A stretch of DNA of 64,000 nt from NCBI GenBank assembly GCA_047967505.1, contig CM106538.1. One strand, 5' to 3'. Under the pieces are notes generated by a model. That model saw only the letters and a list, made by a program, of their open reading frames with translations. It was not told the DNA's origin and did not search any database. Source of the DNA: Dipteris shenzhenensis. Its lineage: Eukaryota. The translations under genes and the position numbers were made by a program. Below, piece after piece: positions 21,851-34,975 of the stretch; within the stretch, counting starts at the first letter, position 1, and each line of letters starts with the position of its first letter.

Positions 21851-23289
21851 CTCCAGAGAGAATAGTTAGTGCCTTACAATTAACTCCTGGGAAGCACTCC
21901 GAAATCATCATTGAGGTTGTCCTGAGCCATTCCAAGCAAATGAAAAAAGGCAACAAACTCAAAGTTCGCGTGCTGATGAACACCCTGCATAGCCAAAGAT
22001 GTGCCCACTTTCAAAGCCAATACTTGTCTTGAGGATCTACCTCAAAATAGTCCACAAAACTCCCTTGCGGAGATGTGTATTGCATACTTAGAATCTCTGC
22101 CCAAACGATCCAGTGCTTTGCTCAATGAGGCATATAGCCACTGACAACTCTATGTACTCGTAAATAGGCAGCAAAATGCCTTTAAAAACAATCCAAACAG
22201 TGACTGAAAATTGCTCCGATCAATGCACAACCTTCCCCTCAGTCAAACCTAGACTGGTTAAGCATCAAATCACTGAAAATCAACTCTGTTTTGAACCAAA
22301 CAGCAAATTGCTGGACTGTATGGGCAGTTTTATGCACTGGGTGTGCAAAAAGCAAGCTGTCCCTTCACAAAAACTGCTCGAAACAGTTTCAAAATGGCAA
22401 GTAGACAGCTTGGAAAGCTCAAACACAGTCCTCAAACGAGTCTACCAGCTGGTAAGGAGCAAAACAGTCCCAAAATTGACCTAAAAACACGTGCTACGTG
22501 TGAAAAACAGGTTCAACCAGCCTTGGAACTGATGCTGCAGTAGGAAAACCTTCACAAAAGTTGTCAACAGCTTGAGAATGCCTTAAGATGTAGGAGACTT
22601 GCCCAGATAATGCTGTTGCAGTTCCAAAACTGTCAAAATAACACGCAAATCTCCTCCAAGAAGAGTCACCCCCTGTAGAAGTTTTGCAGGAGGTGAGAAG
22701 CTGTGAAAAAGCAGTTCTACATGTTCTGGGATTGATAAAAAGAGCTCCAAAAGTACCAAAACTGTAGTCGCTTGCTTAGAAATCTGCTCCAAAGGCTGCA
22801 ATAGGCCTGGACAGCAAGTTGCCTAGGAGGCGCCTTATTTCGCCAGAAAAACAGCTCCAAACAAGCAGACAAAACTGCTCCAGAGAAAGAGAAACTGCTT
22901 CAGAATCAGTCGCCTGCCTTGGGAGCAGCTTGTGGAGCTCTCCTAAGGTGAAAAATGGCGGCTAACAACCTTTGGGGAAAATTTGCAGACTTTGTTCGCA
23001 ATGAAATGCAAGGTTTTCACGACAAAAATGCTCCATGGGTGTGGCAGAGGTGCCGGGGAGCAAGGCAAGCCTGCTTTGATGCCAAACTTTGACAATGGCA
23101 GCAAGTGTGCAAGGGAACATGAATCTGAAGGAAGCTGAAATAAGACTGCAGCAATAACAATGAAAGAGTACACTAGGGTAGTCATAGAGACAAAACCCTG
23201 GTGACTAACCCACAAACTTAACTTCGAACTGAGGTTAGGGTGAAAAAACCTTGTAAAACGGAAAAAGTTCCCCTATCCCCTTATTACAT

Positions 23290-24290
23290 TGGCCATTGCC
23301 TTAGGAAACAATATTTCTAACATTGTTGACTCTAGCATTTGTGATGGTCACATCAGGCTTCAGCATCCAAATGGCTCTCTTTTTCAGTAGAGTTGAAATT
23401 GCTAGCCATCAAGATCAGTCTTGGGTTTGTAGGATCTTTGGCCATTTTGCTAGAGATTGCCCGAAGAAGAATAGAAGCAGGCTTCTTTGGCTCCTAGATC
23501 CCTAACACAAGTTGCTGCAGAGCTTCTGCGGCCCCTGGATCCTAGAGATAGGGGTTCCAATAGTTCTTGCTGCGCCTCAATAGAATTGGGATGGTTGTCA
23601 CTCAGATCCGGTTCCTACGGATCAAGAGGTTCCTGCTGTGGCTCCTAACTCCCTTTAGTGCATGGAGCAGTGCCTCTCTCTATTAGATTAGCAGGTTCCC
23701 CCTATGGATCCTGGCCTCCTTCGTGTATTGAGCAACCCCTTTCTCCTTCGACGCACAGGTTCTCCTTTTTGGCTAGCAAGCTCTCGCTCTTGGTAGAGGA
23801 TCTTGGTTCACCCCTCACTTTTGTGTCATGCTAGGATTTTGCGTTCTCCTTTTCCACCTTAGCTAGCTCAGAGTAATGACTTTTCACCATTAGCTGATTG
23901 TCGAGATTTGGTAGAGTTCGGGCCTTATTCCATTGTCGTCCTTGCCCCGCTAGGTCATATTGATAGAGTGTTGACTTCCACTGGTTTGGGATCCCTATCC
24001 CTGGAGTTTTTATTTCTATTAGGCAAAGGAAAGAAACTCCAAGAGCAAAAAGTTAAGGGTGGAGTACATCATGCAAGGCATGAGAAAATAAACACCCTAA
24101 TAGGGCCAAATCAAGCTCCTATTAGAGAGCTAGGAAAATTGCAAGGTTGAGGCTGAAAGTGCCACCTCAACCTTGTGGAGGACTTCGAGAAGAACGGGGA
24201 GCCACTCTACTCCCTAGGGAAGACAATCCTCTTGGTAGAGGTTGGAGCTAGCCTGATATACCAGCGAAAGTGGTCCTAAGACCTGCCATG
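23290..24290 (+). mobile_element. Highly decayed retroelement, probably L1-like (zinc knuckle remnant)
   Basis: VCRIFGHFARDCPKK knuckle; weak KLQG*-like RT C-terminal remnant near 24135. Confidence 0.4.
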
Positions 24291-25763
24291 AATAACAATT
24301 GTTCCGAACACGCACATGAGAGAAACAATAAAAAATCCAGTCATAGACATGTCAAGTTAGGTAGAAGTTAATCAAATGTTGTAATAGGATTCTTGGTTGA
24401 ACTCATCTTCTAAAGCACCAGATGTTGTAAGTATGTAAGTCAGATTTGATCATTGTGAGGCCACCAAGGTGTGTACAATATCGTGAGACAAAAGATGTAA
24501 ACTTAAGGCTGGCATGAACTTCGTCGTTATTAAAATTGGTGTTAGGGACCATTGCGGTGGACATGGTCTAACTTGTTGGAGGACTAGTGACCACGATGAA
24601 GGATGTGAATCACTGTGCTGGTCACTATGATGTGCTGAATCAAATTGTGAGCCTCTTGGAATATGTGAGCATTCTCAAAATTTGACAATAACAATGATTC
24701 CCTCAATTTACTACAAGGATTTCAAGGATTTAGCAAAGATTGCATGCACGATGCATGAAGTTGAGGCCACAATGGTGCTTGTCTTGGGCCAAGCAAGCCA
24801 TTGCGGTGCTTGACCTGGGCCACATGGCGAAAAGAAGAGCTAAAGCAGGTCAATGATTTGCCGAGATGGTGAGCAAACTACAAGTTTGGGCACTTCTAAC
24901 CGTGCAGACAATCCAGAAATACAATTCACCCACTCTTTGCCTAAAGAAATTGTTGGAAGCCCATCCAAAAAATCCTAAGAAAATTAGGGCTGTTTATGTC
25001 TGTGATGGTCTTGAAGTGTAGAAAATATTTATCACCTAGACATCTATCAAGGGGCAGTTGCAAATGAGCCTTTTCAACTTGAGTGTTAGTGGGCAGTAAG
25101 AATTGTAAACATTTGAGGAGTAACAATTCTGTTATGAAGCCAGATCAACTTTTAGGTGTGCAAAGTCTACTCAATAACCCATTAAGTGCCAGTCTATCAC
25201 TGTCTTAGGTGCAAACCGGAACATGCCCTCATAATTTGTAAAGTCTTTGCGACTAGAGAATAGTGACAAGGGCTTTTTTGAATCTCAGCAACAAGAGGGA
25301 TCCAAATTGTCTACAGAGGATGAAGTCTGAATTGTGCTCCATTCTCTTGATTTCTAGTAGCTCATCTTTGATTTCGGCTAACAATCCGGAAAGAAAGCCA
25401 TCTCTGAACCTTTGGTTCCAGCTCTCATAGATAAGTCTTTGGATCCAAGTAGAACTTTGGCACTCAACCAAGTATTCGTAAACCTAAGAAAAGAAGAACT
25501 ATTACGTTTGTCTGGGATTCAAGCATTTTGAAGTTACATTTAATGATCCAAGATTCTGCTGATGGTAGGTCTTTGTCTCAAAAGAATCCCAATCTTGGTG
25601 AGCCCATAGCATCTTGGTCGTTTGGGTACATTTCATCTGGAAATGTTGGACCATTCCTTAATTTTCTTAAAAGGTATAATCATGAATCTTGCTTAGGCTT
25701 GTTACTATCTTTTTAGTCTTGCATGTCTTAATCATGAGTCCACGAAGGAACTCCGCGTCTAAG

Positions 25764-26870
25764 TGTTGGAAAGGTCACCTCCCCATCTGTAAGCTCCAAT
25801 ATGAGGAGAGCATGGGGGAGGGAGACCTAGGGCAGGATGTGCCCATGAGAAAAGAAAGAGACACATCAAAGAGACCAGCATGGCTGCAATGGACGGAACC
25901 TGTGGAAGGAGCAGATGGCAGGGACAGCAAGTCCTGGATCTAACCTGGCAAGAGGTCAGTCAGGAGCAGCAGACATGGCGGGGGATTGCACAGATAAAGG
26001 CGCCTATGTGGAGGGCATCTGTGTGCAGATGGACAGCCTGCAACGGAGCCTACAGGTGGCGCAACCATGGAAGGGAGCAGCAGCACCTGGGTCGGCCATT
26101 GGCTGAGGCTGGTGGGTCTGGTTGGAGCCAGCAAATCAGGCCTGGAGATGGGCTGGCCAGGGGGGCTGAATCCTGCAATAAATGGACGGCTTTATGCCCT
26201 GGAACAAAGGCTGAAAAAGGGGCTAGAAAAGTGCGTTATATAGGGCCCTGGTTGGGCTGGTAGGGGCAGCCAACCAGGTCGGTTTTTAGGGCAGACAAAA
26301 GTCAGCCAGCAGGCCCTCGACCAGTCGGTCATTTTGAGCAGGCCTTGGGCCTATAAAAGGAGAGTCCTCAGGCCTCATTTCATGATCCAGCAAGTCAGCA
26401 AACATAGGAGCAGTAGGAGCAAGAGAAGCCTGATCTTTGGGCCTACATCCACCAGAGGCAAAGCAGGGCCAGAGTTGCTGCAGACTGAGCTCACTTGGGG
26501 CTGAAGCCTAGGCTGTGTACTAGGGCAGCAAGGTGCTGAGATCTTTGGACGGAAAGTCTACTTACGCTCGAGGTGGAGCACGCGGGCTCGAGTCTAGAGA
26601 TAGCGGGTAGATAGGAGGAGGACCTTGTGGTAAGATCATAGGACCACACCATTGGTGGGACTCTGGATCTATCTCTTTTGTATTGTGTCCATAGCTTTGG
26701 ACAGAAATATGTTATTTCGGTGTTTTCTATATCTGGCTGGTTCATTGTCTATGCTATGCACATAAGTTTAAGAAGTTTGTGATTGCACACCCCACACCAC
26801 ACTGTGTGAGCTCCTGGGCTATTCTGTCAGTCTTCCGCTGTGTGTACCCTTTGTTGGTTGATTTGTAACA
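25764..26870 (+). repeat. 5' LTR (1107 bp)
   Basis: Direct repeat of 28892-30043; TATA-like CCTATAAAAGG at about 26350. Confidence 0.95.
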
Positions 26871-28891
26871 TGGCATCATAGCCCAAGTAGGAGGCTCATA
26901 GGTGTGGGAGGCTGAAGGTAGGGACCTTGCTAAAGGACAACCCTGATTCAGAAGCTCTTGGGAATCGACTTCCACGGCTGGAGGACAGTGTGCTTGCGAG
27001 ATGGAGGGTGACTCAGGTTTAGTCAGGTGCGTTCATAGTTCTGATCTATTGAAGGTGAGTTTGTTCGACTTTGCTGTGTGGTTTATCAGCATAGATGTTG
27101 ATCTCTTCATCCTCTTCAGCCATTGCTCTCCCTTCCTCCTCCCCCAGATTTCTTTCTTTCACCATCCCTAACTTTGGAGAGTGAGGGAAACTGGATGGGT
27201 CACATTACCGGATCTGGAAGGTGAAGATCCGGAGTCATTTAGTGGCTCAAAAGCTGTGGAAATTGACAATGGGAGTGGAGGCGAAGTGGAGGATATGGTG
27301 GACAAGGAGGGGAAGAAACTCTTCCAGTAGATGGAGAGGAGCTCGAAGCTTGGGAAGATAGAGATGCCCATACCCTGGTTGATCATAGGGACTACGGCGG
27401 ACTCTGTGCTTCCTCACATCTAGATGGCCGAGACGTCAGTAGAGGCATGGGTCATTCTTAAGGATCTGTACAAGACAGACAACACATCTCGGATCTTGCT
27501 TCTTTAGCATTAGCTCTACAACCTTGATATGGACGAGGGAGATTCCGTGCATGACCACTTGACGAAGGTCAAGGTGGAAGGGATCAACTCGCCTCAGTTG
27601 GTCAGAAGATGGACTCGTGCCATTTGGCCTTGATGGTACTGGGGAGGCTACCTTGGAGCTTCAAAGATTTGTTATGACTGTGACAGCAGGACAGAGGACC
27701 AAACCTCTGGCTTTTGAGGAATCGGGTCTAGTAAAGGACCAAACCTCTGACTTTTGAGGAATTACTGCTACAGGAAGAAGCTAGGGAGAAGCTCTACAAC
27801 AACGACAAAGATAACAAGGCGCTGCTGGCGAAGGATTACGCTGGCAAAGGGAAGGGCAAGCCTAACGGTGGCAAGTCCAAGAAGGATGACTCTGATGACG
27901 AGGATGGAGTCCGACTCAGATTCAGAGGGTGATACAAAAGCCAAAGCAAATGTTGTAATCGAAGAGTTGTTCTTGGTGACATCTCCATGTGTTACTGAGG
28001 TCAAATATGCTGACATAGAAACCACAGTGATAATGTCTGACATTGAGATGTGGGTTGACGAGGAGTCAGATGCCTTTGTAAAGGTGAAGGACAGCATGGA
28101 GTGCTTGGTATCTTCCAGGTGTGTGGCTGTTGATACGGACACGAGGGTGGATTCCATGGAATACCTTGGGCTTTCATGTTCAGATGGATGATGTACTTCA
28201 GAAGGAGACATCATAGGATTACATAGGCTATTGGTATGTGCCTTGATGAGGTGCATGGTTTGCTTTAAGAGCAAGCACACAGGCAGTACAACGATCTGGT
28301 ATGTACTTGATGATCTTCATTTGAGCCTTTATAGCATGCTGTGGAGAGACTCTGCTCTTCATTTGTCTCAGGTAATGTGAGATTGGAAGGAATTGGCCTT
28401 CTTTGAAGGCAGAAGGGGAAGTATGGGTGCTTCTTCAAATCTCAGACACAGAGTGCTGGAAGGTGACGCACAAGGTGTACTGAAGCCAGAAGAGTACCTG
28501 CTTCAGAGCTTAGCAAGATATTCATTTGTTGTGGACCTTGCCAAAGGAAGGACGGGTTGAAAAAGACCCTTAGAGGATGGTGCATGGAAGACTCTAGGTT
28601 GTTCACTCATTATGAGGGGGACAACTGCAAGATTGTGGTGGTTGGATTGCTCGACTTCAAAGGCAGGAACATGACTAAAGGTGGTGGTGCGAGGAGGTGC
28701 TACCAGAGATGGACTTGTGTACCAGGATGGTGTGCGCAAGTGGAACCAAACCTGGTGGAGCAGGAGCCATTGGATGAAAAGCGAGGAAAAGATTGGACAT
28801 CGAAGTGTTCGAGAGGACTACGACCAGGGAGTTACTGGAGCATCGTCATCGACGTGTTGGCATTGGGCCGAGATGTATCGGTGAGAGGGGG

Positions 28892-30043
28892 TGTTGGAAA
28901 GGTCACCTCCCCATCTGCAAGCCCCCATATGAGGAGAGCGTGGGGGAGGGAGACCTCGGTCAAGATGTGCCCAGGAGAAAAGAAAGAGAGGGGGCTGCCA
29001 CATGGGCAGCACCTCACATCAAAGAGACCAGCATGGCTGCAACGGACGGAACGTGTGGAAGGAGCAGATGGCAGGGACAGCAAGTCCTGGATCTAACCTG
29101 GCAAGAGGTCAGTCAGGAGCAGCAGACATGGTGGGGGATTGCAGAGATAAAGGCGCCTATGTGGAGGGCATCTGTGTGCAGATGGACAGCCTGCAACGGA
29201 CCCTACAGGTGGCGCAACCATGGAAGGGAGCAGCAGCACCTGGGTCGGCCATTGGCTGAGGCTGGTGGGTCTGGTTGGAGCCAGCAAATCAGGCCTGGAG
29301 ATGGGCTGGCCAGGGGGGCTGAATCCTGCAATAAATGGAGGGCTTTATGCCCTGAAACAAAGGCTGAAAAAGGGGCTAGAAAAGTGCGTTATATAGGGCC
29401 CTGGTTGGGCTGGTAGGGGCAGCCAACCAGGTCGGTTTTTAGGGCAGACAAAAGTCAGCCAGCAGGCCCTCGACCAGTCGGTCATTTTGAGCAGGCCTTG
29501 GGCCTATAAAAGGAGAGCCCTCAGGCCTCATTTCATGATCCAGCAAGTCAGCAAACATAGGAGCAGCAGGAGCAAGAGAAGCCTGATCTTTGGGCCTACA
29601 TCCACCAGAGGCAAAGCAGGGCCAAAGTTGCTGCAGACTGAGCTCACTTGGGGCTGAAGCCTAGGCTGTGTACTAGGGCAGCAAGGTGCTGAGATCTTTG
29701 GACGGAAAGTCTACTTACGCTCGAGGTGGAGCACGCGGGCTCAAGTTTAGAGATAGCTGGCAGATAGGAGGAGGACCTTGTGGTAAGATCAGAGGAGCAC
29801 ACCATTGGTGGGACTTTGGATTTCTCTCTTTTGTATTGTGTCCATAACTTTGGATGGAAATATATTAATTTGGTGTCTTCTATATCTGGCTGGTTCATTG
29901 TCTATTGATGAGTCTGCACATCTATGCTTTGCACATAAGTTTAAGAAGTTTGTGATTGCACACCCCACACCACACTGTGTGAGCTCTTGGGCTATTCTGT
30001 CAGTCTTCCGCTGTGCGTACCCTCTATTGGTCGATTTCTAACA
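28892..30043 (+). repeat. 3' LTR (1152 bp)
   Basis: Direct repeat of 25764-26870 with two extra segments of 25 and 20 bp. Confidence 0.95.
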
Positions 30044-30959
30044 CTGAGGCTTCTGCCTGACATGGATGTCCTAGTTATTCCTTGAGCATGCGCTATACTT
30101 GAATGACTTTGTCCTACCTCATCACATGCATGCCTTAACCTCAATAGGTACGATTTGTTGAGATGGTTGACTTGGGTCTGATGCCCAACGCTCGAAAGAT
30201 GCACAAATGACAGAGATTACATCAGCCATGATAGTTCTCTTCAAAAGTAGTATAATGAAAAGCTTAGTTGTAGGAAATGTCCAAAAAATTTAGGAAACTC
30301 TGTTTCCCAACATTTTCGAAATTGGTGCATTTTTGAAACATGGAAATGTTTTGAAAACACCTAATCTACAAGTGTGCTAGAAGGAATGGCAACAAGGGCG
30401 GGTATTAACAGGTGGCGATGGCAGGCTCTTGCAGCAAGGCACTCTGCTCTATGATAGTGACGCATGTAACCCGAGTGCTGCGGCGGGTACATACCAAAGG
30501 CTTGAGAAGGGACATAAGACTTGGAGTAGATGGTTTGCATGTTTGACGATTGATTTGTCACTGCAGTATACAAACCACATCTTCAAGGATCACGCCCTCC
30601 AAGAATCCAATTGCTTGACCATTGGTTGGTTGGTGCTCTCCAATAGCTGCATTTCTAACAGAGTGCCCTCTCTATCCATCAACAATTGGATGGTGGGTGC
30701 ATTCTACGATTGCTTGTGACCCTGCATGGACACATCTAGATTATATTGGTGCACGTTTTGTTTAATTGCTAGCTTATGTATGTGATCGGAAATGTACTTT
30801 GCTCAACCTACCCCCACCATTCCCATTAATTCAAATGGTGTTTCAAAATTGTTTCAAAACCGCCATGTTTCTAGTGTCCTGAAAACATTGTGCGCAACCT
30901 TGATTTTAAGAAGGTTGATCTGCTCTTATGTGTGTGTGGATGTGTGTGCGCGCGCGCAG

Positions 30960-33690
30960 GTGGACTGAGGAGTCAGCTCGAGAATTTCGTGTCTCTGCGG
31001 TTCTGGGCCATGTTCTCTATGCTCTTGATATGAGCTTGGCTCAAAAGGCAGTAGTTTTGTTTTTCCCTGCATGGTTGAAGTATCTCTTGAAAGGATGTTA
31101 TGTTGCGGGCTGCTATAAGACTCTAGAGGATTTTATGAGGTTATTTTTATAGATGCTCAGTACAAGCAAGAACTATTGGAAAAATCCCCTTTGTTTTTTG
31201 GGAACCAGCTACTGCACATGTATCCATGGATGCCCACACAGGATTACCAGAGTCTTATTCGTCATAAATGCCCCGTGTGGGTGGAGCTTGTAGATGTGCC
31301 TTTATACTACAGCCCATCAGTCTTGCCTTATGTAGCTGAAGCATTAGGGAAAGTTGTATGTCCTCTTCACTCTCTAGGAAATGCCAATGGATTATGTGTT
31401 CTTTGGGTTACTGACAGACCCACTCCACGTCATGTTGCTTTACAGGTGGAGATGTAGGGTATATCTTCTCAGCAAGTATTTTTTAAGTTGAAATGAGGTA
31501 ACTTTGCTAGTGCTTATTTTGAATGTAGCAAGTTTGGCCATATGCAATCTGAGTGCCCTCAATTATTATTGAAGCCTCCCCCTGCAACTGCAGCCCCTGA
31601 TGAATCCTCCTTGCCCAGGCCAATTGTCATGCAATGAACTTGTAGTTCAGGTGCCGTTACCCCACCTAATATCAATGATAAGGGTAAAGCTAAAATTGCT
31701 TTTGTTCCTTCTAAATCATTGGATCAAAAAGTTGTGGGAGAGAAAGATGCCTCTTCTAAGTGGCGACAGCCCAAGAAGACATTTAAGCCAAGACCCATGG
31801 CTAGTAAAAGTTGGACAGAGACAGCTTTTGCATCTAAGGATGTTCCTTTGCCTAATGGTTTTGGGGTTGGCAGCCTTTGGTCTACAATTGTTTGTTTTGA
31901 TCCTTTGTTTTGATCTCATATGGTTGTTTCTTCGCTAGATAATCCGGTTTCTCCTTCACTTGGTTCGAATGAAGAGCAGGGAAATGTTTACGAGGGCTGA
32001 GAAATGGAGAGGGTTCCAGGCCAGTCTAGCTGGAAGGAGAATGGTTCTCACCACTGCACATACCCAATTGTCATTTTCTACCTCACTTCATGGTCCCCTT
32101 CTAGAACTGGAATCATTAGAATTTGCAGATCCTTTCTTTGGGGGGGCAAGATGGCCAAGGTGAGGTGGGAGTTTTGTATCAAACCCAAGCAGGAAGGAGG
32201 CTTAGGTGTGATAGATATAGAGCAGGCCTCTCTGAAACTATCCTCAACTTAGATAATTAAAGCAATCCTCCATCCTCTTGAGGATTGGGCCCAAATCCTT
32301 CTAAGGAATGTCAACTCCCTAAGACCTCTGAGAGCTCCCAAGTGGAAAAAGTATCCTATGCTATCAGCTATTTGTAACCTTGAACCCTACAAAGCTAAAG
32401 GCAGTCAATTTTGTCTCTCACTATGGACATCCTTTGAAGGAATTAAAAGCCAAATTGTCTTCTCTGACAAAGGAGCTTTTATGACATTAGATTCAATCTG
32501 GGTCTCTGTTATCTTCAAGGAGGCTGTTCTCTCTGATCAAGACTTTGATAAGGCTATTGTACTCTTCAAAAAGGGACTGCAATGCTGGGGTCAGCTTTGG
32601 AACAGAGCCGAATGGAACAGAGCCGAGCTAAGATGGAAAACCTGGATTGAGATTAGGAGAGAGTTCAGTTTAAACAACCAAAGCTAGCCACTAGTGTTGA
32701 ACAGAATTTACCTCTGGCAGGGCAATCAGTAATGGAAAGGTGGATCATTCTTGGTTTACAGCAAAGAGTTCAGCTGGGTTAGAGTACTTCTTTCTTCCCT
32801 ATCCCCACTCCAACTAGGGACATAGGTGATCTCTTCATTATCCTTAATACTAGGTGGAAACTGCAGGACTCTAGGGACAAATGGAAATTCAGATTCTGCT
32901 TCATTTGGTTAAGCTCAATCTCTGATAAATTGTCTGCCTTGCTTTGGCTAATAATGCATAAAGCTGTGTGGACTAATATTAGAGGACCGAGAATTGGAAA
33001 GGGAAATGGCAAATGCATGAGGTGCCCCTCTATAAATGAAGATATTTTCCACCTCTTTGTTGCCTGTCCTGTTGCTAGAAAGGTGTGAAAATAGTACAAT
33101 TGGAAACAGGGGAGCCAATAAATTGGAAGGCCATACTACTAGGAGACTCTTCAAGGACAAAACATGAGATATGGACACCGATCAGAGCACATGCACTGTG
33201 GTTTATTTGGATAACCAGAAACAACTTTCAGTTTAATCAAATTGAGTTGCATGCTGACTTACTTATTCTCAATTGGTTGCACAGGACCAAAGGAAAATTA
33301 CAGAAATGATAAACTAGTTCAGAGTTGATGCTGTCCTCTTTAATGCTGACCTGCAAGACCATGTTCAAAGCTGCTTTGGGATGGACAGCACTACTCCTTT
33401 TGAAATCCCCCCTAAGTTTACTGGTTTTCTTAAACAGGTCCCTCCTCCAATTGTAAAGACGAAACCAGTGTCACCTAGTGAAGCCTAGACTGCTGCCATA
33501 GATGACTCTGACAATTCTGGTGATTCAGAGGACTTCAACTACTCTGACTACTTTAATGATGATGGCACAGATGATATAGATGATTCATATGTACCTCTCT
33601 TCTAATTCTGCTGCTATGACAAACTCAAAAGCCCTCAAGCTCATGAGTGTCTGTTAGAAATGCTTTGTTAAAGAGACTTCTCCCCATAGG
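30960..33690 (+). mobile_element. L1-like LINE, decayed and internally deleted (ORF1 joined to the ORF2 C-terminal part)
   Basis: DYQSLIRHKCPVWVE is homologous to ORF1 at 1020-2231; then LEKWRG..SLAGR, KQEGGLGV, KCMRC...HLFVACP, LWFIWITRN. EN and RT core are absent. Confidence 0.85.
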
Positions 33691-33693
33691 GAC

Positions 33694-34123
33694 TGTCACG
33701 ATCTGTGACGTATTCCTTTCTCTTTCTAGACTTATGGATGGTTTAATGAATGGACACTTGTGGAAGGGTATGACCTTTCGACGGGACACTTGCCCTTTCG
33801 ACGGGACACTTCTTAATGAGGCACAACCTTTCACAAGAGACATTCTAATGAAGAGACATTCCTATTGTAATGTACCCTCTCATCAAGGGTCACACCCTTC
33901 ACAAGGGGTACACACCTCTTCATGCACATACCCTTTGGAGTTCACACCTTTTCATGTGTGACTCTTCACTCTCTATATAAGAGAGGCCAAATTGTATGGA
34001 TGACAATCACATCCACCCTACAGACATTCAAGCAATATCATTATTCCTTTGCTCTCTGCTATCTCAGTCTCTTTTCTGTTCCTTAGCACAGTTCTAAATA
34101 TAGTAAATCTAGGATTTCTTACA
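33694..34123 (+). repeat. 5' LTR of Gypsy B (430 bp)
   Basis: TGTCACG...CTTACA; TATA box CTATATAAG at about 33973. Confidence 0.95.
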
Positions 34124-34728
34124 GTGGTATCAGAGCAAAATTCGCTCCTGCCTGTAGGAAATGCCCCCCACCTTCTAGCACTGATCTGATACATTTTTGC
34201 CGCTAGAAGAACATCCGTGCACTTAGTGCATGGAAGAGATGGAGAGGATGAGCATAAAATTTTTAAACGCCTAAAGTCATCCTGGCCTCTCCATCTCCCT
34301 CACATCACAAGTTGATGTGAATGGACACGACCAAAATCGTGTCCTTTAAGGTGCTTGGGTTGTCCCAAAACCAAGGGACGCGCCTTTTCCACCATGGGAC
34401 ACACCTTTTGGTGACGAGTCTCGACTTCTCACTCATGGGACATACCCCATCGTGGGCAAAGGGACATACCTATTCATGCAGGGTCGCATCCCTTTTAACA
34501 ATAGGGACATATCCCCTCATGAACAGGTGCACCTATTCCAAGGGTCACACCCCTTCGAATAGGCACACCTCCTAGGCCCAAGTACCTACAAAAGGGAACC
34601 TAGAGGGGTAAAAAGGGACAAAAATTAAACCCATCCCCTAACCCTAGGTTTACCCTAACTACCCTAGGGTTAACTTAACCCCCAACTTAATATTGGGGCA
34701 AATAACCCTTAGGCAGCCCAACGAATCG

Positions 34729-34975
34729 TCGTACCTTCCAGCCAATACAAAGAACAAAAAACGGCCGTACGGATTTCCCGCAGCCTGCGCCAGCCATCGC
34801 AACCTTCCGTACCAGCCCTGCGCAGCAATCCGTACAAACCTGCGCCATCCGTACCAGCCCTGCACAACAGTCCGTACACGCCTGCGCCATCCGTACAGCC
34901 CTGCGCAGAAGTTCGTACAGACTGCGCCATCCGTACAGCCCTGCGCTGGTACAGTCCTGCGCTGTCCGTACAGCC
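34729..34975 (+). repeat. CCGTAC-containing minisatellite in the Gypsy B leader
   Basis: About 11 GTAC cores, about 8 of them as CCGTAC, in units like ccctgcgc-cat-ccgtacag. Confidence 0.9.

Larger units (their letters stand above)
25764..30043 (+). mobile_element. Non-autonomous Ty1/Copia derivative with both LTRs
   Basis: TG...CA LTRs at 25764-26870 and 28892-30043; TSD CTAAG/CTGAG; PBS TGGCATCATAGCC at 26871; PPT GGTGAGAGGGGG; decayed Copia gag (EAWVILKDLY...DEGDSVHDHL) and an RNase H-end remnant; most of pol is absent. Confidence 0.92.

Noticed and set aside
25880-26263. Duplicated ORFs (also 28793-29416) as a gene pair
   Set aside because: They lie within the two LTR copies and have no recognisable domain
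30262-30902. Possible hAT-type MITE with GAAAC/GTTTC subterminal words
   Set aside because: The putative TIRs are too degenerate and no TSD was found
34125-34136. tRNA gene
   Set aside because: Only a 12-nt primer-binding complement, with no cloverleaf
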